This document shows positions 9,217 through 16,697 of a stretch of 32,000 bases of DNA, one piece after another. The notes beneath the pieces were generated by a model, which did no database searches, was not told where the DNA came from, and was given only the letters and a program-made list of their open reading frames with translations. Where the stretch lies: contig CAKUFG010000004.1 in assembly GCA_934647235.1 (NCBI GenBank), positions 9,580-41,579 of the forward strand, in the 5' to 3' direction. A program made the translations under genes and the position numbers. This DNA is from an uncultured Clostridia bacterium (lineage in GTDB: Bacteria; Bacillota; Clostridia; Christensenellales; Aristaeellaceae). Each line of letters begins with the position of its first letter. Positions within the stretch are counted from its first letter, which is position 1.

Positions 9217-9244
9217 TGAAGGAGCTTCGTCTCCTTCATTTTTT
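9217..9244 (+). terminator. intrinsic terminator of ABC operon 1
   Basis: TGAAGGAG (9217-9224) pairs with CTCCTTCA (9231-9238), loop of 6 nt, followed by TTTTTT (9239-9244). Confidence 0.8.
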
Positions 9245-9257
9245 ACTTTTCATGCAA

Positions 9258-9286
9258 TTGACAGCCACCGCACAACAGGATACAAT
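9258..9286 (+). promoter_or_regulatory. sigma-A promoter of the comEB-led operon
   Basis: Consensus TTGACA (9258-9263), 17-nt spacer, TACAAT (9281-9286). Confidence 0.75.
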
Positions 9287-9333
9287 GATATGGTATTATG
9301 CGTATGTTATGCGCTGCGTTTGGAGGCGATTGC

Positions 9334-9807
9334 TTGCACAAGTGGGATGTTCGCTTTATGGATATGGCGCATCTGGTATCCACCTGGACCAGCTGCTATA
9401 CCCCCGGCCGGGCCATCGGCGCTGTGATTGTAAAGGACAAGCGCGTGATGACCACCGGCTACAACGGCGCGCCCTCCGGCCTGCCCACCTGCAAGGAGCG
9501 CGGCGAGTGCCTGCGCCGCAAGCTGGGAGTGGCAAGCGGCACGCACGCTGAAATCTGCTATGCCGTGCATGCCGAGCAAAACGCCATCATTCAGGCTGCC
9601 AGGCTGGGCGTGTCCATCGACGGCGCGACGCTTTACTGCACGCATCAGCCCTGCTCGCTGTGCACGCGCATGATCATCAACGCCGGGATCCGCCGCGTTG
9701 TGTACGAGCAGGGATACCCGGACGATTTCTCGCTGCAGCTGTTTCACGACGCGCAGATTCCCATTGAACAATACGACCCCGCTACGGGAGGTACTACGCC
9801 ATGCTGA
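9334..9807 (+). CDS. comEB: dCMP deaminase (ComEB / cytidine-deoxycytidylate deaminase family, about 157 aa)
   Basis: Zinc motifs HAEQNAI and PCSLCTRMI; WDVRFMDMA N-terminal region. I prefer TTG 9334, which is preceded by GGAGG (9322-9326), over ATG 9298. The ATG lies only about 5 nt downstream of the predicted transcription start and has no SD. Confidence 0.8.
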   Translation: MHKWDVRFMDMAHLVSTWTSCYTPGRAIGAVIVKDKRVMTTGYNGAPSGLPTCKERGECLRRKLGVASGTHAEICYAVHAEQNAIIQAARLGVSIDGATLYCTHQPCSLCTRMIINAGIRRVVYEQGYPDDFSLQLFHDAQIPIEQYDPATGGTTPC

Positions 9808-10772
9808 AGAAAATTCTTTCTATCGTACTGATTCTCTGCCTGTCCCTGCCTGCCTGCGCGCTGGCGCAGCAGGACCCCAAGCCCATCCCCACCTACGCGC
9901 CGGAGGAGATTCCCCAAACGCCCGAGGGCATACACCACTATCTGCTGCTGTGCGCCGACTCCTGGAACTGCGGCAGCGGCGACGCGATGGATCATTCCAC
10001 CGACGGCATCATGCTGGTAACGGTGGATACCGTGGCGCACCGCATCATGCTTACCTCCTTTATCCGCGATATGCTGGTGCTGCGCCCCGACGGCAGATAC
10101 GGCCGCATCAACGGGATTGCCGCACGCTTTGGCTTTGACGCGCTGCTCAACGTTTTCAAAACGCATTTCGGCATCGATGTGGATAAATATATCCTGGTGG
10201 ACTGGACGGACGTGGGCGAGATCATCGACGCGCTGGGCGGCGTGGATATCACCATCACCAACGGCGAAGCCACCCGCCTGCGCGACAAGCTGACCTATAA
10301 ATCCGACTGGACGGAGCCGGTGCTGTCGGGCGCGGGCACGTATCATTTCCGTGGGTACGCGGCGGTTATTTACATGCGCATCCGCTCAAGCGGCCGCGTG
10401 AACGGCGAAAGCTACGATTATCGCCGCACCACCCGCGCGCGCAACGTGGTATCCGCCCTGGCCGACAGCCTGCGCGATATCACCTGGCCCGAGGCCATCA
10501 AGCTGGCCACCGTGACCGTATGGAACAGCATTGTGGAAACCAACATGACCCTGGCCGATATGATGACCGCCGCAGGCTATGCCTTTGACCTGCGCAGCGC
10601 CGAGATTGAGCAGCTGCGTATCCCGGTGGGCAATACGGGGCATGAATTCTACTATTACGAAATGGCCACGCAGGAAATCGACTATGAGGTAAACCGCGAG
10701 GCCCTGCAGGCCTTCCTGCTGGAAAGCTATACGGTGCGCGGCGACGATACCGAGGATGACTGGGACTGGTAA
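9801..10772 (+). CDS. LytR-CpsA-Psr (LCP) family cell-envelope phosphotransferase (323 aa)
   Basis: DGIMLVTVD...LTSFIRD...GRINGIAARFG...FGIDVDKYILVDW..IIDALGGVDI is the LCP core pattern. N-terminal signal-like sequence. The start overlaps the comEB stop (ATGCTGA). Confidence 0.8.
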   Translation: MLKKILSIVLILCLSLPACALAQQDPKPIPTYAPEEIPQTPEGIHHYLLLCADSWNCGSGDAMDHSTDGIMLVTVDTVAHRIMLTSFIRDMLVLRPDGRYGRINGIAARFGFDALLNVFKTHFGIDVDKYILVDWTDVGEIIDALGGVDITITNGEATRLRDKLTYKSDWTEPVLSGAGTYHFRGYAAVIYMRIRSSGRVNGESYDYRRTTRARNVVSALADSLRDITWPEAIKLATVTVWNSIVETNMTLADMMTAAGYAFDLRSAEIEQLRIPVGNTGHEFYYYEMATQEIDYEVNREALQAFLLESYTVRGDDTEDDWDW

Positions 10773-10823
10773 ACGCACTTTTCGCTTGTTTTTGCTTTTT
10801 ATAAGATAAAGGGGGCCCTGCCT

Positions 10824-11459
10824 TTGCTGGATACTGTTTTGCACGCGATTCTTGATTTTGTCGGCGCGCATTCGGCGCTTTTGACGGTTTTGATTCTGAT
10901 TGCCCTGGCCGTTGGCATGGTGCTGTGCCTGGCCGTGCAGAAGCGCCGCTTCACCGTGCGCGAAATCGCAGTGATGGGCATGCTGGCCGCGCTGAACATC
11001 GTGCTGGCCGAGGTATGCAAAATCACCATCATCCCCAACGCCCTGGTGCTGTCCTTTGGCTTTTTGCCCATCGCCGTGTGCGGCATGCTCTTTGGCGTGG
11101 CTCCCACGGTGACGGTAGCGGTAGTGGCTGATATCCTGGGCGCGCTGCTGTTCAGCTCGGGCTCGTTCTACTTTGGCTATACGCTCACGGCCTTTTTGGT
11201 GGGGCTGTTCTACGCGCTGTTCCTTCACAAAAAGGATCTGTCCATCGCCCGCTGCGCGCTGTGCCAGCTGCTGGTATCCATCGTGTGCTACGCGCTGCTC
11301 AACTCCATCTGGGCGCTCAACTGGGTCACCAAGACCGCCGCAGCGGAATACATCGGCACGCGGCTGATCATGCAGCCCATCCTGTATCCCGTATACCTGC
11401 TTTTCCTGCTGCTGCTGCGTAAATACCGCAAACCGTTGGAGGGGGCGCTGCGCAAATGA
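10824..11459 (+). CDS. folT: ECF-transporter S component, folate (FolT)-like membrane protein (211 aa)
   Basis: FTVREIAVMGMLAALNIVL...SFGFLPIAVCGMLFG...FGYTLTAFLVGLFYALF resembles FolT-type S components. TTG start 7 nt after AAAGGGGG. There is an extra N-terminal hydrophobic helix. Confidence 0.5.
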   Translation: MLDTVLHAILDFVGAHSALLTVLILIALAVGMVLCLAVQKRRFTVREIAVMGMLAALNIVLAEVCKITIIPNALVLSFGFLPIAVCGMLFGVAPTVTVAVVADILGALLFSSGSFYFGYTLTAFLVGLFYALFLHKKDLSIARCALCQLLVSIVCYALLNSIWALNWVTKTAAAEYIGTRLIMQPILYPVYLLFLLLLRKYRKPLEGALRK

Positions 11460-12130
11460 CGGTAAACAAGCCCGAGATCCTGCGCGTACTGCAGGAAACC
11501 TACCCTGAAGCCAAGGCCGAGCTGCATTTTTCCAATCCCTATGAAATGCTGGTATCCACCATGCTGTCCGCCCAATGCACGGATAAGCAGGTGAACAAGG
11601 TCACGCCCGCCGTGTTCCGGGATTTTCCCAATCCCCGCGCCATGGCGGCTGCCACGGCCGAGGTGCTGTACCCTTATGTAAAGTCCTGCGGCTTTAAGAC
11701 CAAGGCCGCCAACATCGTGGCTGCCTGCCGGATCATCACCGAAAAATACAACGGCGAGGTGCCCGCCGATATGGACGCGCTGACCAGCCTGCCGGGCGTG
11801 GGGCGCAAAACGGCCAACGTGGTGCTGTCCAACGCCTTCAACATCCCCGCCATCGCGGTGGATACGCACGTTTTCCGCGTCAGCAACCGGCTGGGTCTTG
11901 CGGAGGCCAATAACGTGCTGGATACCGAAAAGCAGCTGCAGCGCGCCATCCCGCGCGAGGATTGGAGCGCCGCGCATCACTGGCTGATCTGGCATGGCCG
12001 CCGGGTATGCACCGCGCGCAGTCCGCACTGCGGCGCTTGCCCGTTATCCGCGCTGTGCCGCGATTATCAAACCCGTCAGGCGGAATCCGCCGCAAGGAGC
12101 GCTCATGAGTCAGATACCCTCGCCCTATGA
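11456..12130 (+). CDS. nth: endonuclease III (224 aa)
   Basis: HhH motif LPGVGRKTANVVL, AVDTHVFRV, and the 4Fe-4S motif C-X6-C-X2-C-X5-C (CTARSPHCGACPLSALC). The start overlaps the folT stop (ATGA). Confidence 0.92.
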   Translation: MTVNKPEILRVLQETYPEAKAELHFSNPYEMLVSTMLSAQCTDKQVNKVTPAVFRDFPNPRAMAAATAEVLYPYVKSCGFKTKAANIVAACRIITEKYNGEVPADMDALTSLPGVGRKTANVVLSNAFNIPAIAVDTHVFRVSNRLGLAEANNVLDTEKQLQRAIPREDWSAAHHWLIWHGRRVCTARSPHCGACPLSALCRDYQTRQAESAARSAHESDTLAL

Positions 12131-12905
12131 TCCCACGCACGGCCATCACCATCAGGAGCATATGCACAGCGAGCACTGCGGGCTGTGCCGGATCGAGCTG
12201 GAGCATGTTTCGGTATCCGCCGGCGGCGATACGCTGCTGAACGATGTGAACATGCACATCCACTGCGGCCAGCTCACCGCGCTGGTGGGCCCCAACGGCG
12301 CAGGCAAAACCACGCTGGTGCGGGCGCTGCTGTCGCAGATTCCCCATACGGGGCAGATCCGCCATATGGATAACCAGGAGCGGCCGCTGCGCTCGGTGCG
12401 CACGGGCTATGTGCCCCAACAGCTGCCCTTTGACAAGCAGATGCCCGTCACCGTGACGGACTTTCTGGCCGCATCGCTCACGCGCCGCCCGGTATGGACG
12501 GGCGTCGGCAAAAAAACGCGCGCGCAGGTACTGGAAGCGCTGGCTCTGGCCCGCGCCGAAAAGCTGGCCAACCGCCAGCTGGGACAGCTCAGCGGCGGCG
12601 AATTGCAGCGCGTGCTGCTGGCCATGGCCCTCACCCCCACCCCCGACCTGCTGGTGCTGGACGAGCCGGTATCGGGCGTGGACCAGAACGGCCTGTGCCT
12701 ATTTCTGGATACCGTATCAGCGCTGAAAAAGAGCCGCCACATGGCCATTCTGCTCATCTCCCACGATTGGTCGCTGGTGCGCCGCTACGCCGATACCATG
12801 GTGCTGCTTAACAAAACCGTGCTGTGCGAGGGCACGCCCGATACGGTGTTTGGCTGCGAAACCTTCCGCGAGGCCTTCCCCGCGGCGGCCGGCAAGGAGG
12901 CGTAA
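12105..12905 (+). CDS. metal (Zn/Mn-type, ABC-3 system) ABC transporter ATP-binding protein with a His/Cys-rich N-terminal extension (266 aa)
   Basis: Walker A GPNGAGKTT, signature LSGGELQRV, Walker B LLVLDEP. AAGGAG (12093-12098) precedes ATG 12105. The start lies 26 nt inside the nth 3' end. Confidence 0.85.
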   Translation: MSQIPSPYDPTHGHHHQEHMHSEHCGLCRIELEHVSVSAGGDTLLNDVNMHIHCGQLTALVGPNGAGKTTLVRALLSQIPHTGQIRHMDNQERPLRSVRTGYVPQQLPFDKQMPVTVTDFLAASLTRRPVWTGVGKKTRAQVLEALALARAEKLANRQLGQLSGGELQRVLLAMALTPTPDLLVLDEPVSGVDQNGLCLFLDTVSALKKSRHMAILLISHDWSLVRRYADTMVLLNKTVLCEGTPDTVFGCETFREAFPAAAGKEA

Positions 12906-12908
12906 GGC

Positions 12909-13763
12909 ATGGAAACCGTATATCGCGTGATGGATGCTCTGCTGCCCTTTGAGCTGTTCCGCTACGCCTTTATGAAAAACGCGCTGCTGGCGCTGCTGCT
13001 GCTGACCCCGCTGCTGGCGCTGCTGGGCACCATGGCGGTGAACAAGCGCATGGCCTTCTTCTCGGACGCGCTGGGTCACAGCGCGCTGGCCGGGCTGGGG
13101 CTGGGCGTGCTGCTGGGGCTCAGCAACGTAACGCTGATTCTGGTGCTGTTCGGCATCCTGTGGGCGGTGCTGATCACCCGCATCAACCGCACAGGCTCGG
13201 CCTCGTCGGATACCACCATCAGCGTGTTCTCCTCCGCCGGCATTGCGCTGGGATTATTGATCCTTTCCGGCAGCGGGCAATACAATAAATACTCCTCCAT
13301 CCTGGTAGGCGACGTGCTGGCCATCGCGCCCGCCGATATCCTGTGGCTGACCATCGCGCTGGCCGTGGGCGTGATCCTGTGGGCGGCGCTGTATAACCAG
13401 CTGCTGCTCACCGCCGTTAACCCGCAGCTGGCGCAGAGCCGCGGCATCGCCGTCAGATGGGTGGAATACGCCTTTGTCATCCTGGTGGCCGTGGCCGTCA
13501 TGCTCTCCATCCGCTGGGTGGGCGTGCTGCTGATCAACGCGCTGCTGATCCTGCCTGCCGCCGCTGCGCGCAACATTGCCCGCAGCGTTGCCCAGCATGC
13601 CCTGCTGAGCGTACTGATCTCGGTATTCAGCGGCGTGGCAGGGCTGTGCGTATCCGTGCCGCTTGGCTGCGGCGTGGGCGCGGCCGTGGTGCTGTGCGCC
13701 GCCGTGTGCTATGCCGTCAGCCTGCTGATTGGCCGCGCGCTGCGCGTGCATCTGCAAGCCTGA
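12909..13763 (+). CDS. metal ABC transporter permease (ZnuB/MntB-like ABC-3 family, 284 aa)
   Basis: FMKNALLA...LGTMAVNKRMAFFSDALGHSALAG is typical of ABC-3 permeases. The protein is hydrophobic throughout. Confidence 0.85.
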   Translation: METVYRVMDALLPFELFRYAFMKNALLALLLLTPLLALLGTMAVNKRMAFFSDALGHSALAGLGLGVLLGLSNVTLILVLFGILWAVLITRINRTGSASSDTTISVFSSAGIALGLLILSGSGQYNKYSSILVGDVLAIAPADILWLTIALAVGVILWAALYNQLLLTAVNPQLAQSRGIAVRWVEYAFVILVAVAVMLSIRWVGVLLINALLILPAAAARNIARSVAQHALLSVLISVFSGVAGLCVSVPLGCGVGAAVVLCAAVCYAVSLLIGRALRVHLQA

Positions 13764-13780
13764 ACAGCCGAGGTGCTTTG

Positions 13781-15550
13781 ATGAAGCTTTATCACGACTC
13801 CCGCTCGCTGGATTGCCGCGCACCCTTCGGCGCGGTTCGCTGCGGCGATATCGTCCGCCTGCGCGCCTATTGTCAGGGCGCGCCGCGCGCTGTCAACGCC
13901 GTCGTTACGGTCAATGGCCAGCCGCACACCATCCCCCTGCAGCCCGACGGCCGCGACGGCTACGAGCTGCGCTTTGCCGCGCCCGCCACACCATGCCTGC
14001 TGTGGTACTATTTTGCGGCGGTGATGGAGGATGGCCAGACCGAATACCTGGGCAACGCGCACGATGGCCTGGGCGGCGTGGGCGAGGTGTACGACTGCGT
14101 GCCCCCCGCCTTCCAGATCACCGTATACGCACGGGATTACGCGCCCCCTGCCTTCCTGCGCGAGGGCATTATGTATCAGATTTTCCCCGATCGCTTCTGC
14201 CGCAGCCGCGCGCCGTGGTATACGCGCGAGGATATCTATCTGCATGAAAACTGGGACGAGGCCCCGCTGGCGCTGTTTGATCCCCGCAACGGCGATACGC
14301 ACTCGCGGGATTTCTTCGGCGGCGATCTGCAGGGCATCATCTCCAAGCTCGATTACCTGCAATCGCTGCACGTTACCGTGCTTTATCTCAACCCCATCTT
14401 TCTGGCACGCAGCAATCACCGCTATGATACCGGCGATTATACCCGGATCGACCCCATGCTGGGCACGCAGGCGGATCTGACCCGCCTGTGCGAGGAAGCC
14501 GCCAAGCGCGGCATGCGCGTGCTGCTGGACGGCGTGTTCAGCCATACGGGCGACGACAGCCTGTATTTCAACCGCTATGGCCGCTATGACACCGTGGGCG
14601 CGTATCAGAGCCCCGATTCACCCTATGCAGGCTGGTTCACCTTTGAGCATTTTCCGGATAAGTACAAATGCTGGTGGGGCGTGGATACCCTGCCCGAGGT
14701 GAACAAGGAAAACGAGGATTATCGCCAGTTTATCCTGTCCGAGGATGGCGTGGCGCGCCGCTGGGTGCGCGCCGGCACATCGGGCTGGCGCCTGGATGTG
14801 GCGGACGAGCTGCCCATGCGCTTTCTGCGCGATCTGCGCACGGCCGTCCGGGCGCAGGATGCTCAGGCCGTCCTGCTGGGCGAGGTGTGGGAGGATGCGA
14901 GCAATAAGGTATCCTACGGCGCGCAGCGCTGCTACTGCCTGGGCGACACGCTGGACAGCGTGATGAATTATCCCCTGCGCGAAGCCGCCATCGGCTTTGT
15001 CACCGGCACGCTGGACGCCTATGCCTTCTGCCGCCGGGTAGAAAGCCTGCACGAAAACTATCCCCTGCCCTTCTTCTATTCGCTGATGAACCTGATGGGC
15101 AGTCATGACCGTGCGCGCCTGCTGAACGTGCTGGCCGGCGAAACCTGGGAGCAGGTGGATCCGCTGGAGCGCGGCGGCTGCCGCCTGAGCGATGCGCAGC
15201 GCGCGCTGGCCATCCGCCGCCTGGCCGAAATGTGGAAGCTTTACGCCGCCCTGCCCGGCATGCCCAGCGTCTATTACGGCGACGAGGCCGGCATGGAGGG
15301 CGCGGCCGATCCCTTCTGCCGCTTCCCCTATCCCTGGGGACACGAGGATGCGCAGATCATGGCCATCACCCGCGAGGCGCTGGCACTGCGCGCGTCCCGT
15401 CCCATCCTGCGGCGCGGCGCGCTGCAGCTGCACCCCATTGACCGCGATACCGTGCGCATCCGCCGCTTTGCCTATGCGGGCTGCGACGTATTCGGCGAGC
15501 CGCTGGACGACGCGGAATTTGAAATCAACGTGCACGCGATTCACGCCTAG
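13781..15550 (+). CDS. GH13 alpha-glycosidase, neopullulanase / cyclomaltodextrinase / maltogenic amylase-like (589 aa). No signal peptide.
   Basis: GH13 conserved regions DGVFSH, GWRLDVADE, GEVWE and MGSHD. The N-terminal beta domain begins MKLYHDS. Start ATG 13781 follows GAGGTG. The 108 codons upstream in the ORF track overlap the permease gene and are rejected. Confidence 0.9.
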   Translation: MKLYHDSRSLDCRAPFGAVRCGDIVRLRAYCQGAPRAVNAVVTVNGQPHTIPLQPDGRDGYELRFAAPATPCLLWYYFAAVMEDGQTEYLGNAHDGLGGVGEVYDCVPPAFQITVYARDYAPPAFLREGIMYQIFPDRFCRSRAPWYTREDIYLHENWDEAPLALFDPRNGDTHSRDFFGGDLQGIISKLDYLQSLHVTVLYLNPIFLARSNHRYDTGDYTRIDPMLGTQADLTRLCEEAAKRGMRVLLDGVFSHTGDDSLYFNRYGRYDTVGAYQSPDSPYAGWFTFEHFPDKYKCWWGVDTLPEVNKENEDYRQFILSEDGVARRWVRAGTSGWRLDVADELPMRFLRDLRTAVRAQDAQAVLLGEVWEDASNKVSYGAQRCYCLGDTLDSVMNYPLREAAIGFVTGTLDAYAFCRRVESLHENYPLPFFYSLMNLMGSHDRARLLNVLAGETWEQVDPLERGGCRLSDAQRALAIRRLAEMWKLYAALPGMPSVYYGDEAGMEGAADPFCRFPYPWGHEDAQIMAITREALALRASRPILRRGALQLHPIDRDTVRIRRFAYAGCDVFGEPLDDAEFEINVHAIHA

Positions 15551-15556
15551 TTTTAC

Positions 15557-15585
15557 TTGACATCCCTTTTTCTTTGCGCTAAGAT
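15557..15585 (+). promoter_or_regulatory. candidate sigma-A promoter upstream of the TIM-barrel gene
   Basis: Consensus TTGACA (15557-15562), 17-nt spacer, TAAGAT (15580-15585). Confidence 0.55.
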
Positions 15586-15607
15586 AACCTTATTGGAAAA
15601 CGGCAGG

Positions 15608-15650
15608 CTGCGCGGAGGGCTTCATCTCCCAGGCGCAGTTTCTGTTTTCT
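15608..15650 (+). terminator. terminator-like hairpin plus U-rich tract. It is either the GH13 operon terminator or a leader attenuator.
   Basis: CTGCGC (15608-15613) pairs with GCGCAG (15633-15638), with an inner GGAGG/TCTCC pairing. It is followed by TTTCTGTTTTCT (15639-15650). Confidence 0.45.
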
Positions 15651-15655
15651 GAAAA

Positions 15656-15671
15656 TTTGGAGCGGTCTAAA
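15656..15671. promoter_or_regulatory. operator O1 (palindrome copy) in front of the TIM-barrel gene
   Basis: TTTGGAGC|GGTCTAAA matches the TTTAGACC|GGTCTAAA consensus at 14 of 16 positions. It lies 19 nt upstream of the SD GGAGG (15691-15695). Confidence 0.55.
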
Positions 15672-15702
15672 TTACCCGTTTCACACTGAAGGAGGCATTT
15701 TG

Positions 15703-16524
15703 ATGCTGATTTCCACCAATTCCGGTCTTTACAGCGCCCGTCCCAACGATCTGCGCGTGCCCATGGCCGAGGCCATGGATTTCTTTGGCCGCATGGGCTT
15801 TGAGGCGGTGGACGTAAACTTTGCCGCCAGCATTTATGTGGAGCCTGAAAAGCATGAGCCCATCCTGGACGGCGATTGGCAGCAAAATCTGGATACCGTG
15901 CTGGCCGCCATCCGCCGCAATAACCTGGCGGTCTCCCACACCCACCTGCCCTTCTATAACTATGAGATGGAGGACAAGGAGCGCCTGGCCTTCTGCGATC
16001 AGATGACCTGCCGCGCCATCGACGCCTCGGCCTATATCGGCGCAAAGTACGCCGTCATCCACCCCCAGCGCGACGCCGAAAAGCACACGCTGGTTGACCG
16101 CACGGTGGCGCTGCTGACCCCCTTTAACGAGTACGCCAAGGCCCGCGGCGTAACCCTGTGCGTGGAAAACATGTATACCACCTATCCAGAGGAGCTGCGC
16201 GAGATTGTGGACCGCATGGCGTGCGGCGCATGCTGGGATGTGGGCCATGCCAATTTCGGCAAGCATCCGCAGTATGAAAGCATGACCCTGCTGGGCCAGC
16301 GCATCCGCGTGCTGCACCTGCATGATAACTACGGCACCCGCGACGACCACAGCATGCCCTACTTCGGCACCATCGATTGGGACGAAATCATGCGCGCGCT
16401 GCGCGATATCGGCTATGAGGGCACGTTCAACTATGAAGTCGCCGCCACGCACCTGCCCATGGCCCTGCGCGAGGATCACGCGCGCTATCTGGTGGACGCG
16501 GCCAAGCTGCTGCTTGGGCGCTGA
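15703..16524 (+). CDS. sugar phosphate isomerase/epimerase-type protein (xylose-isomerase-like TIM barrel, AP_endonuc_2 fold, 273 aa)
   Basis: Pattern AVIHP...CVENM...WDVGHAN...LHLHDN...GTIDWDEIMRALRDIGYEGTFNYE, which carries the metal ligands typical of this fold. GGAGG lies 7 nt before ATG 15703. Confidence 0.8.
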   Translation: MLISTNSGLYSARPNDLRVPMAEAMDFFGRMGFEAVDVNFAASIYVEPEKHEPILDGDWQQNLDTVLAAIRRNNLAVSHTHLPFYNYEMEDKERLAFCDQMTCRAIDASAYIGAKYAVIHPQRDAEKHTLVDRTVALLTPFNEYAKARGVTLCVENMYTTYPEELREIVDRMACGACWDVGHANFGKHPQYESMTLLGQRIRVLHLHDNYGTRDDHSMPYFGTIDWDEIMRALRDIGYEGTFNYEVAATHLPMALREDHARYLVDAAKLLLGR

Positions 16525-16551
16525 CGCCGCGCTGCATGTAGAAAAATTTCC

Positions 16552-16567
16552 TTTGTACCGGTTGAAA
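16552..16567. promoter_or_regulatory. operator O2 (degenerate palindrome copy) abutting the -35 of the lacI-family gene promoter
   Basis: TTTGTACC|GGTTGAAA matches the consensus at 12 of 16 positions. Its left half is the exact reverse complement of the right half of O4. Confidence 0.4.
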
Positions 16568-16573
16568 ATACAG

Positions 16574-16602
16574 TTGACAGCCGCGTCTTTCCGCGTTATA
16601 CT
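16574..16602 (+). promoter_or_regulatory. sigma-A promoter of the LacI-regulator / flavoprotein operon
   Basis: Consensus TTGACA (16574-16579), 17-nt spacer, TATACT (16597-16602). Confidence 0.7.
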
Positions 16603-16620
16603 GGCAATAGTTCAATCGTT

Positions 16621-16653
16621 ATTCCTTCCCAGTACAAGGGAATTTTATTTTCA
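16621..16653 (+). terminator. weak terminator-like hairpin plus T-tract inside the predicted leader
   Basis: ATTCCTT (16621-16627) pairs with AAGGGAAT, 5-7 bp depending on register. It is followed by TTTTATTTT (16643-16651). Confidence 0.3.
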
Positions 16654-16658
16654 GGCAA

Positions 16659-16674
16659 TTTAGATCGGTCTAAA
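16659..16674. promoter_or_regulatory. operator O3 (best palindrome copy) between the promoter and the SD of the LacI gene
   Basis: TTTAGATC|GGTCTAAA is one mismatch from a perfect 16-bp palindrome. Its centre is 107 bp from the centre of O2. Confidence 0.6.
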
Positions 16675-16697
16675 AGCTCAAGGGAGGCTGCGCGCAC

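Noticed and set aside
10773-10823. Possible THF riboswitch ahead of the folT-like gene
   Set aside because: Only 51 nt are available and no pseudoknot-capable conserved stems are visible. The region is too short for the aptamer.
13457-13780. 108-codon N-terminal extension of the GH13 ORF
   Set aside because: It overlaps the 3' third of the metal permease gene in another frame and is Arg/Ala/Gly-rich. A good SD plus ATG at 13781 starts the recognisable GH13 N-domain.
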